Shown: positions 49,313 to 61,290 of the stretch, piece by piece | How positions within the stretch are numbered: position 1 is the first letter of the stretch | Layout: every line of letters begins with the position of its first letter | Assembly (NCBI RefSeq): GCF_006345805.1 | Contig: NC_043005.1 | Coordinates: forward strand, 55,428,001-55,492,000 | DNA: 64,000 nucleotides | From: Octopus sinensis | Taxonomy: Eukaryota | Direction: 5' to 3' | The notes under the pieces: generated by a model | Databases searched by the model: none | What the model saw: the letters and a program-made list of their open reading frames with translations, nothing else | Told to the model about the DNA's origin: nothing | Program-made: the position numbers and the translations under genes

Positions 49313-49847
49313 GTTTATCTTTAAAAAGAACAATGTTTTAGAGAAGCGAAAGTCGGCGGGCGCTTTTTGTCTTCTCCCATCCTTATCATCTGTCTTTCAT
49401 TATCATTCACTTCATTAATGTCCTCGTCCAGCCCGCAAAGCTAACTTAATCTGTGTACTGCCTTTATGGCAAATGTTTTGAAATAAAGTAGCTTGCTAAC
49501 CAACCACACGGTTGCGGGTTCAGTCCCACTGCGTGGTATCTTGGGCAAGTGTCTTCTGCTATAGCCCCGGGCCGACCAATGCCTTGTGAGTGGATTTGGT
49601 AGACGGAAACTGAAAGAAGCCTGTCGTATATATGTATATATATGTATATGTGTGTGTGTTTGTGTGTCTGTGTTTGTCCCCCTAGCATTGCTTGACAACC
49701 GATGCTGGTGTGTTTACGTCCCCGTCACTTAGCGGTTCAGCAAAAAGAGACCGATAGAATAAGTACTAAAAGGCGGTGCTCCAGCATGGCCGCAGTCAAA
49801 TGACTGAAACAAGTAAAAGAGTAAAAGAGTAAAAGAGTAAAAAAAGA

Positions 49848-49881
<34 letters not shown>

Positions 49882-51479
49882 CGACGATGATGATCATGAT
49901 GATAACTATTAGCCAGGCCCCTTACAAAAATGTGTGGGAAGTGGCACTTAAGTTTGAGAAAAATGATAGAACTAGTGAGAAATGTTATACACTATATGAA
50001 TAAAATTATAAAGCATAAATATTTGTATGGAAATAATAAAAAATATTGCTAAAATGCACAATAATTAAAATAAGATATAATTCTTCCAACTAACTCGTCA
50101 CCAATGTAATTATCATCAGTACAAAATTCTCCCAGCTACTTTTTTTCTGAGAACTGTGTTAAATCTAAAAAGCTCACAACCACTGTATGAGTGGTTTAAA
50201 TTGCCTCGTTCTACATGGGAGTCATAGTTAGTGTTGTTGTTGTTATTGTTATCACTATCTTCAAAATTATTTGTTTGACAATTTGAAATATTTTTTCTAT
50301 TCGTTGTTCATTAAATTGCTCATTTTCCTTCTTTTGGTTCAGGCTATTGTATGACTTGTTTTTGTACTGTCTGTCTCAACACATTTGCTATTGTAATGTT
50401 TTATTTTTTGTGCTGTGTTTGTGTCTGGCAGTCATTTTCAATGAGAACAACTTCTTCCTTCCCTTACATTTGTTCAGGAGTCTCAGAAAAAAGATTATGG
50501 ATACTGCCCTTTGTCATCTGAATAAATCATAAAGTATATAGAAAAAATATTGGGAACAGACTGAACAAGCTGCAGTATTAGACAGTGAAGGAAATACAAA
50601 ATAGCTGGACAACCATACAGGACATTGAAAGAAACATGACATGGCTACTCTACCCTACCATATAGTGAAAAAAAACTTAGCATGGTAACATTTACCACAC
50701 TGGATAGTGAAAAGAGTACAGTGTGGTTACATTACCACACTGTACTCCATACAATATACTATTGCATGTTCAAGTGCACAGCATGGTTCTCAACAAGGCA
50801 AGGGTGATAATATAATAGATGAACTAGATCAGGGATCAAACCAAATCATCAAAATTCCCAAATAATCTGTTCCAACAGGGTTAACTTTTACTACAGCAAT
50901 AGTTGCTATAACACAACCAAACTACAACACACCACCACCACCACCACCACCACCACAACATTGACAATCAACTTTAGCTAAAGTAAGCGCCTCTGTGTGG
51001 TTGCTACTAGAAATAGCGACCAGATTTCTCTCAAATCACACCTTAGTATGGTGGAAAAACGCATTAGATGGATAAGATTGTTAAGACGGGGAAAACTTTT
51101 GATAATAGGCCTGCTTGATCAGTGATAACCCCTGGAACTATATATAATAGGCACAAGCATGCAGACCACTTCCTAGCTATGGAGATACACACTGTGCAAC
51201 ACTGTGTGGGACTGTGACTAAGGCCAAGTGTCTTCTATGAAAGCTTGAGGTCAACAAAAAATATGGAAGTAGATTGTGTGCATTTATGTGTGTGTGTGTG
51301 TGGTGTGCATGCATGCATGTGTGCATGTGTGTGTATTGATATATATATATGCATATATAGGGGTGTGTGTTTGTGTGTGTGTGTATGTATGTATGTATAT
51401 GTATATGTGTGTGTGTGTGTATTAAATATATATATATATATACAGGTAATGATCCCCTTCAATCAAGAATGGCCATGGG

Positions 51480-51780
51480 TATTGCACCGAGAAAGTTACC
51501 CTCCCAGGTACAAGTTCAGACAAGGTTGCTTATGGAAGACCAGCAGTTGCCCATGCATACCAGCCTCCCATCTTCACACCACCAGTGCTATCCAAAGAAA
51601 GGCAAAGACTGATACAGCTTGGCATCAGTGACATTGCAACTCATATCTACAGATAAGTGAACTGAAACAACATAAAATAAAGTGACTTGCTCAAGAACAC
51701 AACACACAGCCTGGTCCTGGAATTGAACTCACTACCTCATAATTATGAGCCTGATATTCAAAGCAATGAGCCATGCATCT
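51480..51780 (-). mobile_element. Family-C-related SINE
   Basis: cttgctcaagaacacaacaca...ggaattgaac; reverse-complement similarity to 62575-62845. Confidence 0.65.
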
Positions 51781-51781
51781 T

Positions 51782-51809
<28 letters not shown>

Positions 51810-51812
<3 letters not shown>

Positions 51813-53600
51813 CTGTGTGTATGTCTTTGTCTTTTTTATCCCCCACTCCACCAGTTGACAACCAGTGTTGGTGTGTTTGCATCCCTGTAACTTAGTGGAT
51901 CAGCAAAAAATGAAAATGATAGAATGAGTGTCAGGCCTAAAAAAGAAGTATTGGGGTCGATTCACTTGACTAAAAACTCAAGACTGTGCCCCATTATGGT
52001 CACAGTCTAATGACTAAAAGAAGTAAAAGATAAAAGATAGAGGCACAGGAGTGGCTGTGTGGTAAGTAGCTTGCTAACCAACCAAATGATTCCGGACTCA
52101 GTCCTACTGCGTGGCACTTTGGGAGAGTGTCTTCTACAATAGCCTCGGGCTGACCAAAGCCTTGTGAGTGGATTTGGTAGATGGAAACTGATAGAAGCCC
52201 ATAGTATATGTGTGCGTGTGTGTGTGTATTTTGTGTCCATGTTTGTCCCTCCCACAACCATCACTTGACAACTGATGCTGGTGTGTTTACATCCCCATAA
52301 CTTAGTGGTTCGGCAAAAGGGACCGATAGAATAAGTACTCGGCTTACAAAGAATAAATCCTGGGGTCAATTTGCTCGACTAAAGGCGGTGGCCACAGTCA
52401 AATGACTGAAACAAGTAAAAGAATAAAAAAAGGAAAAGAATATACATAGGCATAAGCGTGGCTAGTTGGTAAGAAGCTTGCTTCCAACCACATAGTTCCA
52501 GGTTCAATTCCACTGCATGGCACCTTGGGCAAATGTCTTCTACTATAGCCTCAGGCTGACCAAAGCCTTGTGAGTGGATCTGGTAGGCAGACACTGAAAG
52601 AAGCCCATCATATATATGTATATGCAACGGCACATGGCTTAGTGGTTAGGGCATTCGGCTCATGAGCATAAGTTCATGAGTTCAATTCCCAGTGACGTGT
52701 TATGTCCTTGAGCAAGACACTTTATTTTATGTTGCTCCAGTTCACTCATCTGACAAAAATGAGTCATACCTGTATTCCGAAGGGCCAGACCTGTCACACC
52801 CTGTGTCACGCTGAATTACCCTGAGAACTGCATTAAGGGTACATGTGTCTGTTGAGTGCTCAGCCACTTGCACGTTAATTTCACAAGCAAGCTGTTCCAT
52901 TGATCGTATCAGCTGGGACCCTCATTGTTATAACCAACAGAGTGCTCCTGTATATGTATCTGTTTGTGTGCCTGTGTTTATCCCCACCATCATCGCTTGA
53001 CAATCAATGTTGGTGTGTTTACATCCCTGTAACTTAGCAGTTTGGCAAAAGAGACTGATAGAATTAGTACTAGGCTTACAATGAATAAGTCCTGGGGATC
53101 GATTGATTCAGCGAAAGAAGGTGCTCCAGCATGGCCACAATCTAATGACTGAAACAAGTAAAAGATAAAAATATACATACGTATAGGCGCAGGAATGGCT
53201 GTGTGGTAAGTAGCTTGCTAACCAGCCACATGTTTCCAGGTTCAGTCCCACTGCGTGGCATCTTGGGCAAGTGTCTTCTGCTATAGCCCCGGGCCGACCA
53301 ATGCCTTGTGAGTGGATTTGGTAGACGGAAACTGAAAGAAGCCTGTCGTATATATGTATATATATATATATATATAAGCATGTGTGTGTTTGTGTGTCTG
53401 TGTTTGTCCCCCTAGCATTGCTTGACAACCAATGCTGGTGTGTTTACGTCCCCGTCACATAGCGGTTTGGCAAAAGAGGCCGATAGAATAAGTACTGGGC
53501 TTACAAAGAATAAGTCCCGGGGTCGATATGCTTGACTAAAGGCGGTGTTCCAGCATGGCCGCAGTCAAATGACTGAAACAAGTAAAAGAGTAAAAGAGAG
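51810..53600 (+). mobile_element. Head-to-tail chain of family-A SINEs with a nested family-C SINE
   Basis: 3' half at 51810-52035; copies at 52042-52425, 52448-53170 (split by family C at ~52629-52945) and 53186-53600. Confidence 0.85.
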
Positions 53601-53899
53601 AGAGAGAGTAAAGAGAGAGTATGTGTGCTTGTGTGTGTGTGGGGTGGGGAGGGATGTCTATGTTTCTTTGTCTTGGTATCAAAGGATAGTTGGAAATGAA
53701 CATCACTGTCATACAAGCATTGAGTTCTGGTCAGTTCTAGTCTCGCATGAAATACATGTCCAGCCATGGAGAAATATCAACTTGCTCAGAAACAGGTGAA
53801 GGTAGGCCAAAAAAAAAGAAACATACAATCTGCCCCCAACTAATTTCATCCAACCTATGCAACCACAGGAAAAGTAGATGTTAAGAAGGCAATGAAGGG

Positions 53900-54436
53900 A
53901 TGATGACAATCATGATAATGATGATGATGAGGATGAATATGATGAGGAGGAGGAGGAGGAGGGGAGGAGGAAATGCAAAAGGATCAATGATGATAAAGAT
54001 GACGATGATGTTGTTGAAGCTGATGATGATGTTAATGATGATGCTGATGATGATGAGAAAGAGGAATTGGAGGAGAGGGGGAGGAGGAGGTGGATCAATG
54101 ATGGTGATGATGTTGATGATGAATATGATGATGGGTATGATGATGACGAAGATGACGGTGATGATGATGATGATGATGATGAGGATGAATATGATGATGA
54201 TGAGGAGGAGGAGGAGGAGAGGGAGGGGAGGAGGAGGAGGAGATGCAAAAGGATCAATGATGATAAAGATGACGATGATGTTGTTGAAGCTGATGATGAT
54301 GTTAATGATGATGCTGATGATGATGAGGAGGAGGTGGAGGAGGAGAGGTGGAGGAGTTGGATCAATGATGGTGATGATGTTGATGATGAATATGATGATG
54401 GGTATGATGATGACGAAGCTGACGGTGATGATAAAT

Positions 54437-54477
<41 letters not shown>

Positions 54478-54478
54478 A
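53900..54478. repeat. Tandem duplication (~260-270-bp period) of a (GAT/GAG)n mosaic
   Basis: atgcaaaaggatcaatgatgataaagatgacgatgatgttgttgaagctg at ~53973 and ~54243. Confidence 0.9.
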
Positions 54479-54984
54479 GCAACAATATCAACTATCATCT
54501 CACTATTACACAGCTACATCAGTACCACCAAACTATGGAAACAGCTCACACACACTATTGACTACAACTACCACCCCTACTGCACTCCACCACTGCTACC
54601 ACCACTACCACAATGTATAAGTGTACAGCTGCTGTTTGATAAAACGCAGACAGATATAAATGACAGAAGCTGCTAATTACATCTACACACACTGGAGAGG
54701 TGAAGCTTTGTATACACACAGAGAGACATATATGCACACATACTTACATATATTCATGCACACATACATATATACATATACAGATATGTGTATACATACA
54801 CACACACAGATATATATATATATATTATATATATACATACATACATACATAAATATATTTATTTTTATATATATATATATTTAAATATATACATATATAT
54901 ATATATATATATAACATACATATACATATGTAAACTTATATGTATAAATGTATATATATACATATACATACATCTAATATATAT

Positions 54985-55056
<72 letters not shown>

Positions 55057-55123
55057 GTATGTATGTGTGTGTGTATATGTATGTATATATATGTATATGT
55101 ATATATATAATATATATATATAT

Positions 55124-55171
<48 letters not shown>

Positions 55172-55709
55172 CTATATCTATGTGTGTGTGTGTTTGTGTA
55201 CGTGCATGTGTGTATGTGCATGTGTGTGTGTGTTAAAATATTTATGTATATACATATGTATGTACGTATGCATACATACATGCACACATATATATATGTA
55301 TAAGTGTATGTATATGTGCATGTGTATATATCCAAACATACACATAAGTGTGCAGATATAATAAATCTGTGAGCTGTAGCATTGTGAGTTATAGGATCCC
55401 AATGGGCTAATCTCTGGTTCATTGCATTTATAATGGCATTTAACAGAGACAAGGGAACTTATAAATGCTATCAGGGGATTTTGTTCGAAGAGCGCTGGTT
55501 TTTCACAATGTTTATATCCTTCTCCTCTCCTATATATACATATACATGTACATATATATGTATATATATATATATGGTAAAAGATAAACATACATACAAA
55601 TATACACATATAGACATATATAGATATATATATATATATATATGTCTGTATGTGTATATTTGTGTGTATATATATATATATTCACACAAAAATATATATA
55701 TATATACAT

Positions 55710-56073
55710 ATGGAACATCCTAGAAGAGTTAGTACCTAACTTAACTTTGGCATTGAGTGTTATACAAATGCCAGAACTAGCTGCCATTGTATTGTACCAA
55801 AGGTACCATCCACTATATCTATATTCAGGACCAGGTACTGCAAGTAGTCCGGGGTTCAAAGGCCCACAGCTCTCCAATGCCCTGTCACAAAAATTAAGAA
55901 ATTTGCATAAAGTGCAAATAGATGTCTTCAAAAAGGACCTAGACATCCTCTTCACCACAATACCAGATGAACCAATAGCCTGGCATGAGGTACAGAGGAA
56001 GGTAGTGGAATCAAGCTCCATTATACACCAAATATACCAACTGCTGGGGCAAAAGCACATACAAATGTGGTGA
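55710..56073 (+). pseudogene. CR1-like LINE 3' fragment
   Basis: GFKGPQLSNALSQKLRNLH..IDVFKKDLDILFTTIPDEP resembles the CR1 ORF2 C-terminus (.N.LP...FK..LD). Confidence 0.6.
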
Positions 56074-56168
56074 TGTGAAACACTCAGACTGAGGAAGTCA
56101 GAAAGACCCTGGTGGTACCTCCAGCATGACCACCGCCGCATGGCTGAAATGAGTAAAAGAGTATAATA

Positions 56169-56268
56169 NNNNNNNNNNNNNNNNNNNNNNNNNNNNNNNN
56201 NNNNNNNNNNNNNNNNNNNNNNNNNNNNNNNNNNNNNNNNNNNNNNNNNNNNNNNNNNNNNNNNNNNN
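56169..56268. other. Assembly gap (100 N)
   Basis: Run of n. Confidence 0.99.
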
Positions 56269-56379
56269 AGACACACTCCATCATATATATATAGATGTGA
56301 GGCAGAAAGGATGGGTGTGGTAAAATAGCATAATAATTATTATCATTTTTATACGCTGTTCCATCTTGGAAATGCATGT

Positions 56380-57140
56380 TTGATGCAGTGGTTACACCTT
56401 GGAATTTTCTCATCATGCTTGTTTACCAGGTTCTTAGTACTCAGCAGTAAACTCAATGCTTCCTCAAGGCAAAGGTCACATTTTCTGGATAGCAAATTAC
56501 ATGGGTGTGCATTTTTTTATTATTGACCATTTCATTTCCTATTTAATTTTTGATTCTTTCAGTCCCCATATGAGGTCTGCCAGTGAAGTTGCATTTTGTC
56601 TGTTTATTTTTCAGAATTACAAAAGGTAGTTGCGATAACGGACTTTAATTGGTTTTTCATGGTACCTATGTATACGTATTTATGTTGGGATGAGGAGATT
56701 GTGCATTTGCATACATTGTTTTTTGGATACATTGGTTCATGAGTGGACAAGCAAATTTTCTATGACATGTGCAGTTATTTGTACTATTATTATTTTTATG
56801 CTTATCCGGTGGCCTTTTGATTCTGCTTTCATGATGTTCTGTTTCACTGTTAGTGTCTGGAGTATTGTGGTATCGGCAGTCTTTTTTGTTGGATCGTTTT
56901 TGATGATTCATTTCAATTTTATTGCCACTGTCTTTTATGTTATCTGAGTTTTTGCAGTCTATCTGTTGTTTATTTTTGTCCTTGACCTCAAACCTTGTGA
57001 TGTTTTGATTCGTTTGTTCTCTGCCAGCAGGCGTTGTTTGTATGTTTAATTTCTTGTTGTTGTATTTATGTATGTAGTACTCCATGCTGTAAGATGTTGC
57101 ATATGATATTTCACTGTGTGCTTGTTGAATAATATATTCA
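56380..57140 (-). pseudogene. Penelope-like element C-terminus (GIY-YIG endonuclease region)
   Basis: Broken minus frames give LFNKHTVK.SY, CTCHRKFACPLMNQC, NATSLADLIWGLKE, KWSIIKK and KCDLCLEE. Confidence 0.8.
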
Positions 57141-57169
57141 AGTTTTATATCTAATTATATATAAACACA

Positions 57170-57328
57170 TGAGTGGCTGTGGTAATTAGCTTACTTACCA
57201 ACCACATGGTTCTAGGTTCAGTCCCACTGCTTGGCACCTTGGGTAAGTGTCTTCTGCTAAAGCCTCAGGCTGAACAAAGCCGTGTGAGTGGATTTGATAG
57301 ACAGAAATTGAAAGAAGCCTGCCGTATA
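57170..57328 (+). mobile_element. Family-A SINE 5' half
   Basis: gagtggctgtggtaattagctt...gaaagaagcctgccg. Confidence 0.8.
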
Positions 57329-57350
57329 TGTGTGTGCATATTGTGTGTGT

Positions 57351-57396
<46 letters not shown>

Positions 57397-57407
57397 ATAC
57401 ATATATA

Positions 57408-59192
57408 TAAATAAGTATCTAAATTATAATCAACAAATATAGTAATTAAAAATCCATATTTTTTCTATCAATAAACGTATTGTTACGACACACAGGGTAG
57501 GACCTCCGCGATTCGAACTGTTACGGAAATCCTCACACACAGGCCCGTTCGATGCACCGAATAAGCTACGGAAACTCGTCGGAGAGAGGAGAGAGAGGGG
57601 AGATATACACAACAACAACAACCGCAGCAGCACAGAAATACAGAGGCAAGATGGCAACAGAGGCAACACTGGCTTACATTTAACAACTAGTTTATATGAC
57701 AATCAATTGTTACAACATCAAGATACATCAAAGCATTTAAGGCAAACATTTAAAGGAGGACATGCACGTGACTACTCAATATAACATACAACAAGTCATA
57801 TATATATCAGCAACAGATCAAAGCATTTAAACATGCAAGTAACAATATAACCGTCCGGTAACGACACAACAAGTCATAATATCAGCATTTCAAAGGTACA
57901 CGTCCGAAGACAACAGTTCAATTTCAAATCACTTCAACAGATAACGTTCACAGTTCTTTTGCAAAACATATCACAGATAACGTCACATCAACAAGTCCTT
58001 TACTGTTCTTTTCACTGTTCAATACACCAATTCTTTTCACTGTCTCTTTACATCGTGACACGTATCAATACATAATCAAATACCTTAATTCCTAACTGAA
58101 TCGCCAGTGTCCCATGTTGCACTCATCTCTCTCTCAATCTGTTAACTCCAGCTTGCCAAACTCCTGCATCCCAAAGCTTGCTCCTAAGATTCCACTTACT
58201 CGCTCTGACTTCCAGAATCCGACTGTGCTCTTTGACGACCGACTACCAACTGCCAAAACCTCACTTCCTCTCTCTCCTTCCCACTGCCCTCATCTCCCTC
58301 TGTCTCTACTGCTTATACCCTCTCCATTTGCTCTCTGCCCTTACTGCCTATCTCTATCCTCAATCTCCCTTAGCCTTATACTTTATCTCTCTCACTACTT
58401 TTCTTCCTCTTCTTCAAGGGGTGTCTAGGACGACCTCCAATCGACCGCACAAGGCCAAAAGGTCCCATTACTCTCCCAGTAAACAAAGGACTGTCACTTT
58501 TCTTCCAGACGTGCCGGAACCATCATTCCAAAGTGGGTCAAGAAATACTGCACTAGCCAAAATCCATAACAGTATAAACAATGAATAAATTAGTCCATTA
58601 TTACTTATATAAATATTATAGACGTCTTTCGAAAATATTTATGAAATAAAAAATTAAAAATTAAATAATAATTTTTGAAATAAAAAATATGAAATGAAAT
58701 AATACACCCTTTTGGAGAGATAAGTAGACATTTTTATCTAAGAAATATTATTGTACTCTATATATGATTGTTAAATATGAATTTCTAATTTTTTTTATTT
58801 GTTAATGATAATGTAGATATGTACATTTACTTAATTATTATTATTTTATAATTATTATATCTGAACGTAAATTTTAAAATATTAGTTAGTCACTTTGTGA
58901 TTTAAATCATAAAACTGTTTTAATTTAACTAAAAGTTATTATATTTCTAGTACCATTATATTTAATGATAATAGTAATAAGTATTTTATAAACGATAAGT
59001 TATACATTTTTACTTTGGAATTTTTCATTTCTTATTTTTTATTTTTTATTTCATAAATATTTTCGAAAGATATCTATAATATTTATATAAGTAATAATGG
59101 AATAATTTATTTATTGTTTATATGTTTAATGATAGAAAAAATATGGATTTTTAACTACTATATTTGTTGATTATAATTTAGATACTTATTTT
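57408..59192. repeat. AT-rich foldback with ~170-bp arms; the left arm is interrupted by a solo LTR
   Basis: 57408-57480 plus 58572-~58660 match the reverse complement of ~59035-59192. Confidence 0.8.
57481..58571. mobile_element. Solo LTR (Gypsy-like), 1091 bp
   Basis: Termini TGTTA...TAACA with a 4-bp TSD GTAT at 57477-57480 and 58572-58575; no internal coding sequence. Confidence 0.85.
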
Positions 59193-59309
59193 TATATATT
59201 TATTATTTTATAATTATTGTATGGGAACTAAAATCTAAAAATATTAACACCAGATGTCAAGTAGTGGTGAGGGACAAGCACAAACATAAAGACAACCCCC
59301 CCCACACAC

Positions 59310-59469
59310 AATGCAGGCATTACTTTGTGATAAGAAGTTTGCTTTCCAACCACATGGTTCTGAGTTCAGTACCACAGCATGACACTTTGGACATCTATCC
59401 TCTACAATAGGTCCAGGCCAAGCAAAGCCTTGTGAGTTGATTTGGTAAATGGAAACAGAAAGAAATCTG

Positions 59470-59507
<38 letters not shown>

Positions 59508-59885
59508 TGTGTTTGTATTTGTTTGTTCTCCCACTGCTGCCTGACAACCAGTGTTGGTTTGTTTATATCCCCATAACTTAGCAGTTCAGCATAAGAGATC
59601 AATAGAATTGTACCAGGCTTAAAATAAATGTACTGGGTTTAATTCATTCATTCAACTAAAACACTTCAAGGTGATGGTCATGCTCCAGCATGGTTGCAGA
59701 CCAGACTTAGACAAATAAAAGATAAAAGATGTCAGGCTTCTCTCAGTTTCTGTCTACAAAATCCACTCATAAGGCTTTGATTAACACAAGGCTATGGTAA
59801 AAGACACTTGTTCAAGATGCCATGCAGCGGGACTAAACTCAGAAACATGTGGTTGGGAAGCAAACTTCTTATCACATAGCACACT
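59310..59885. mobile_element. Diverged family-A SINE (+) followed directly by an inverted 5' half (-)
   Basis: + copy at ~59310-59730; - copy at ~59732-59885. Confidence 0.75.
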
Positions 59886-60642
59886 TGTATCAAAAATATA
59901 TCTTTTACTCTAATAGCAGCTACTGTATGATAATAACTTTCACACATGTTATTGATTATATGAGTTACAAGCACATGTCACCTCTTTAGTGGATATTTTC
60001 ATCACCTTAGCAACTACCTTAGATGACCCAGTAAATTTTTTTTACTTTCATATCCTTAATGGGTTTTTCAACTGTACATCTGGTAATTTCTATACCTTGG
60101 TCTAACTCACTGGTTCAATTAAGGTAGCCATATGTAACCTGTCACTGTTAAGCCATTTTCTCTGCATGGGGTAAGGCATAGCATTGAAAACCACATGCTA
60201 CAGAATGTTGACTAACTCATATAAATATCCTGTCTGGTTTTCCATGTGAAACATCCAACACAGGAACTGATGTTATAAAAATATCATGCTCTATAGAATG
60301 CTGATTAACTAATGTCAACATCCCTTTGGATTCACCATCCGATACTTACAATGAAATGCATGGAGATCACTAAGATAGTCAAAATGATCACATAACCTGA
60401 ATTGACCAATGGAGATGAGAATACCATCAGGCAGAAGCCTATGTATTCTCAGAAATTTGAAATTTATTTTAAATTCTCTTCACTTTGATTCCAAAATTTT
60501 GCAATGAGGATGTTTTACACCCATGAAACTTTAGGTAATGTGGCGCTAAGTCAGCACATTATCAAATACATATAATACTAATTTAATGCTTTTAATGCTA
60601 CCTTTTATCATTTGTTCATCCATATATGTATGTATGTGTCTA

Positions 60643-60894
60643 TATGTGAGCATGTGTGTGTATGTGTGTGTACATATGTATGTATAAATATATTTGTAAA
60701 TATATAAATGTATATGTATATATATGTGTGTGTGTGTATATATATATATACACACACACACATGCATATATATATATATATAATATATATATATATATAA
60801 AGAGTAATATGTATATATATGCACATACACACATATATATGATGGGTTTGCATTCACATCTATAAAATATACATATACCCACATACATAGTAAT

Positions 60895-60965
<71 letters not shown>

Positions 60966-61080
60966 GAGCATGTGTGTGTATGTGTGTGTACATATGTATG
61001 TATAAATATATTTGTAAATATATAAATGTATATGTATATATATGTGTGTGTGTGTATATATATATATACACACACACACA

Positions 61081-61119
<39 letters not shown>

Positions 61120-61212
61120 AGTAATATGTATATATATGCACATACACACATATATATGATGGGTTTGCATTCACATCTATAAAATATACATATACCCACA
61201 TACATAGTAAAT

Positions 61213-61250
<38 letters not shown>

Positions 61251-61290
61251 CACACACACACACACACACCACACACACACATATATATAT
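60643..61290. repeat. Near-identical tandem duplication (~318-bp period) of a microsatellite mosaic
   Basis: tgagcatgtgtgtgtatg and gatgggtttgcattcacatctataaaatatac each occur twice, ~317-318 bp apart. Confidence 0.9.

Larger units (their letters stand above)
47434..49485 (+). mobile_element. ORF1-only (HAL1-like) non-autonomous non-LTR retroelement
   Basis: Imperfect TSD aagtagctt(-/g)ct(t/a)acca, 5' cagacgtg start motif, ~520-bp 5' UTR, zinc-knuckle ORF1, ~320-bp 3' UTR ending in AATAAA. No EN or RT sequence. Confidence 0.8.
47396..49850 (+). mobile_element. Family-A SINE split in two by the 47434-49485 insertion
   Basis: The head ggcgcaggagtggctgtgtggtaagtagctt at 47396-47433 resumes at 49486 (aagtagcttgctaaccaaccacacggtt...) and runs to an (agtaaaag)n tail. 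Confidence 0.9.

Noticed and set aside
53881-54676. Long acidic, poly-M and poly-S ORFs in several frames
   Set aside because: Duplicated (GAT/GAG)n low-complexity DNA that is open in most frames on both strands.
55530-56416. ORFs spanning the N run
   Set aside because: Artefacts of translating through the assembly gap.
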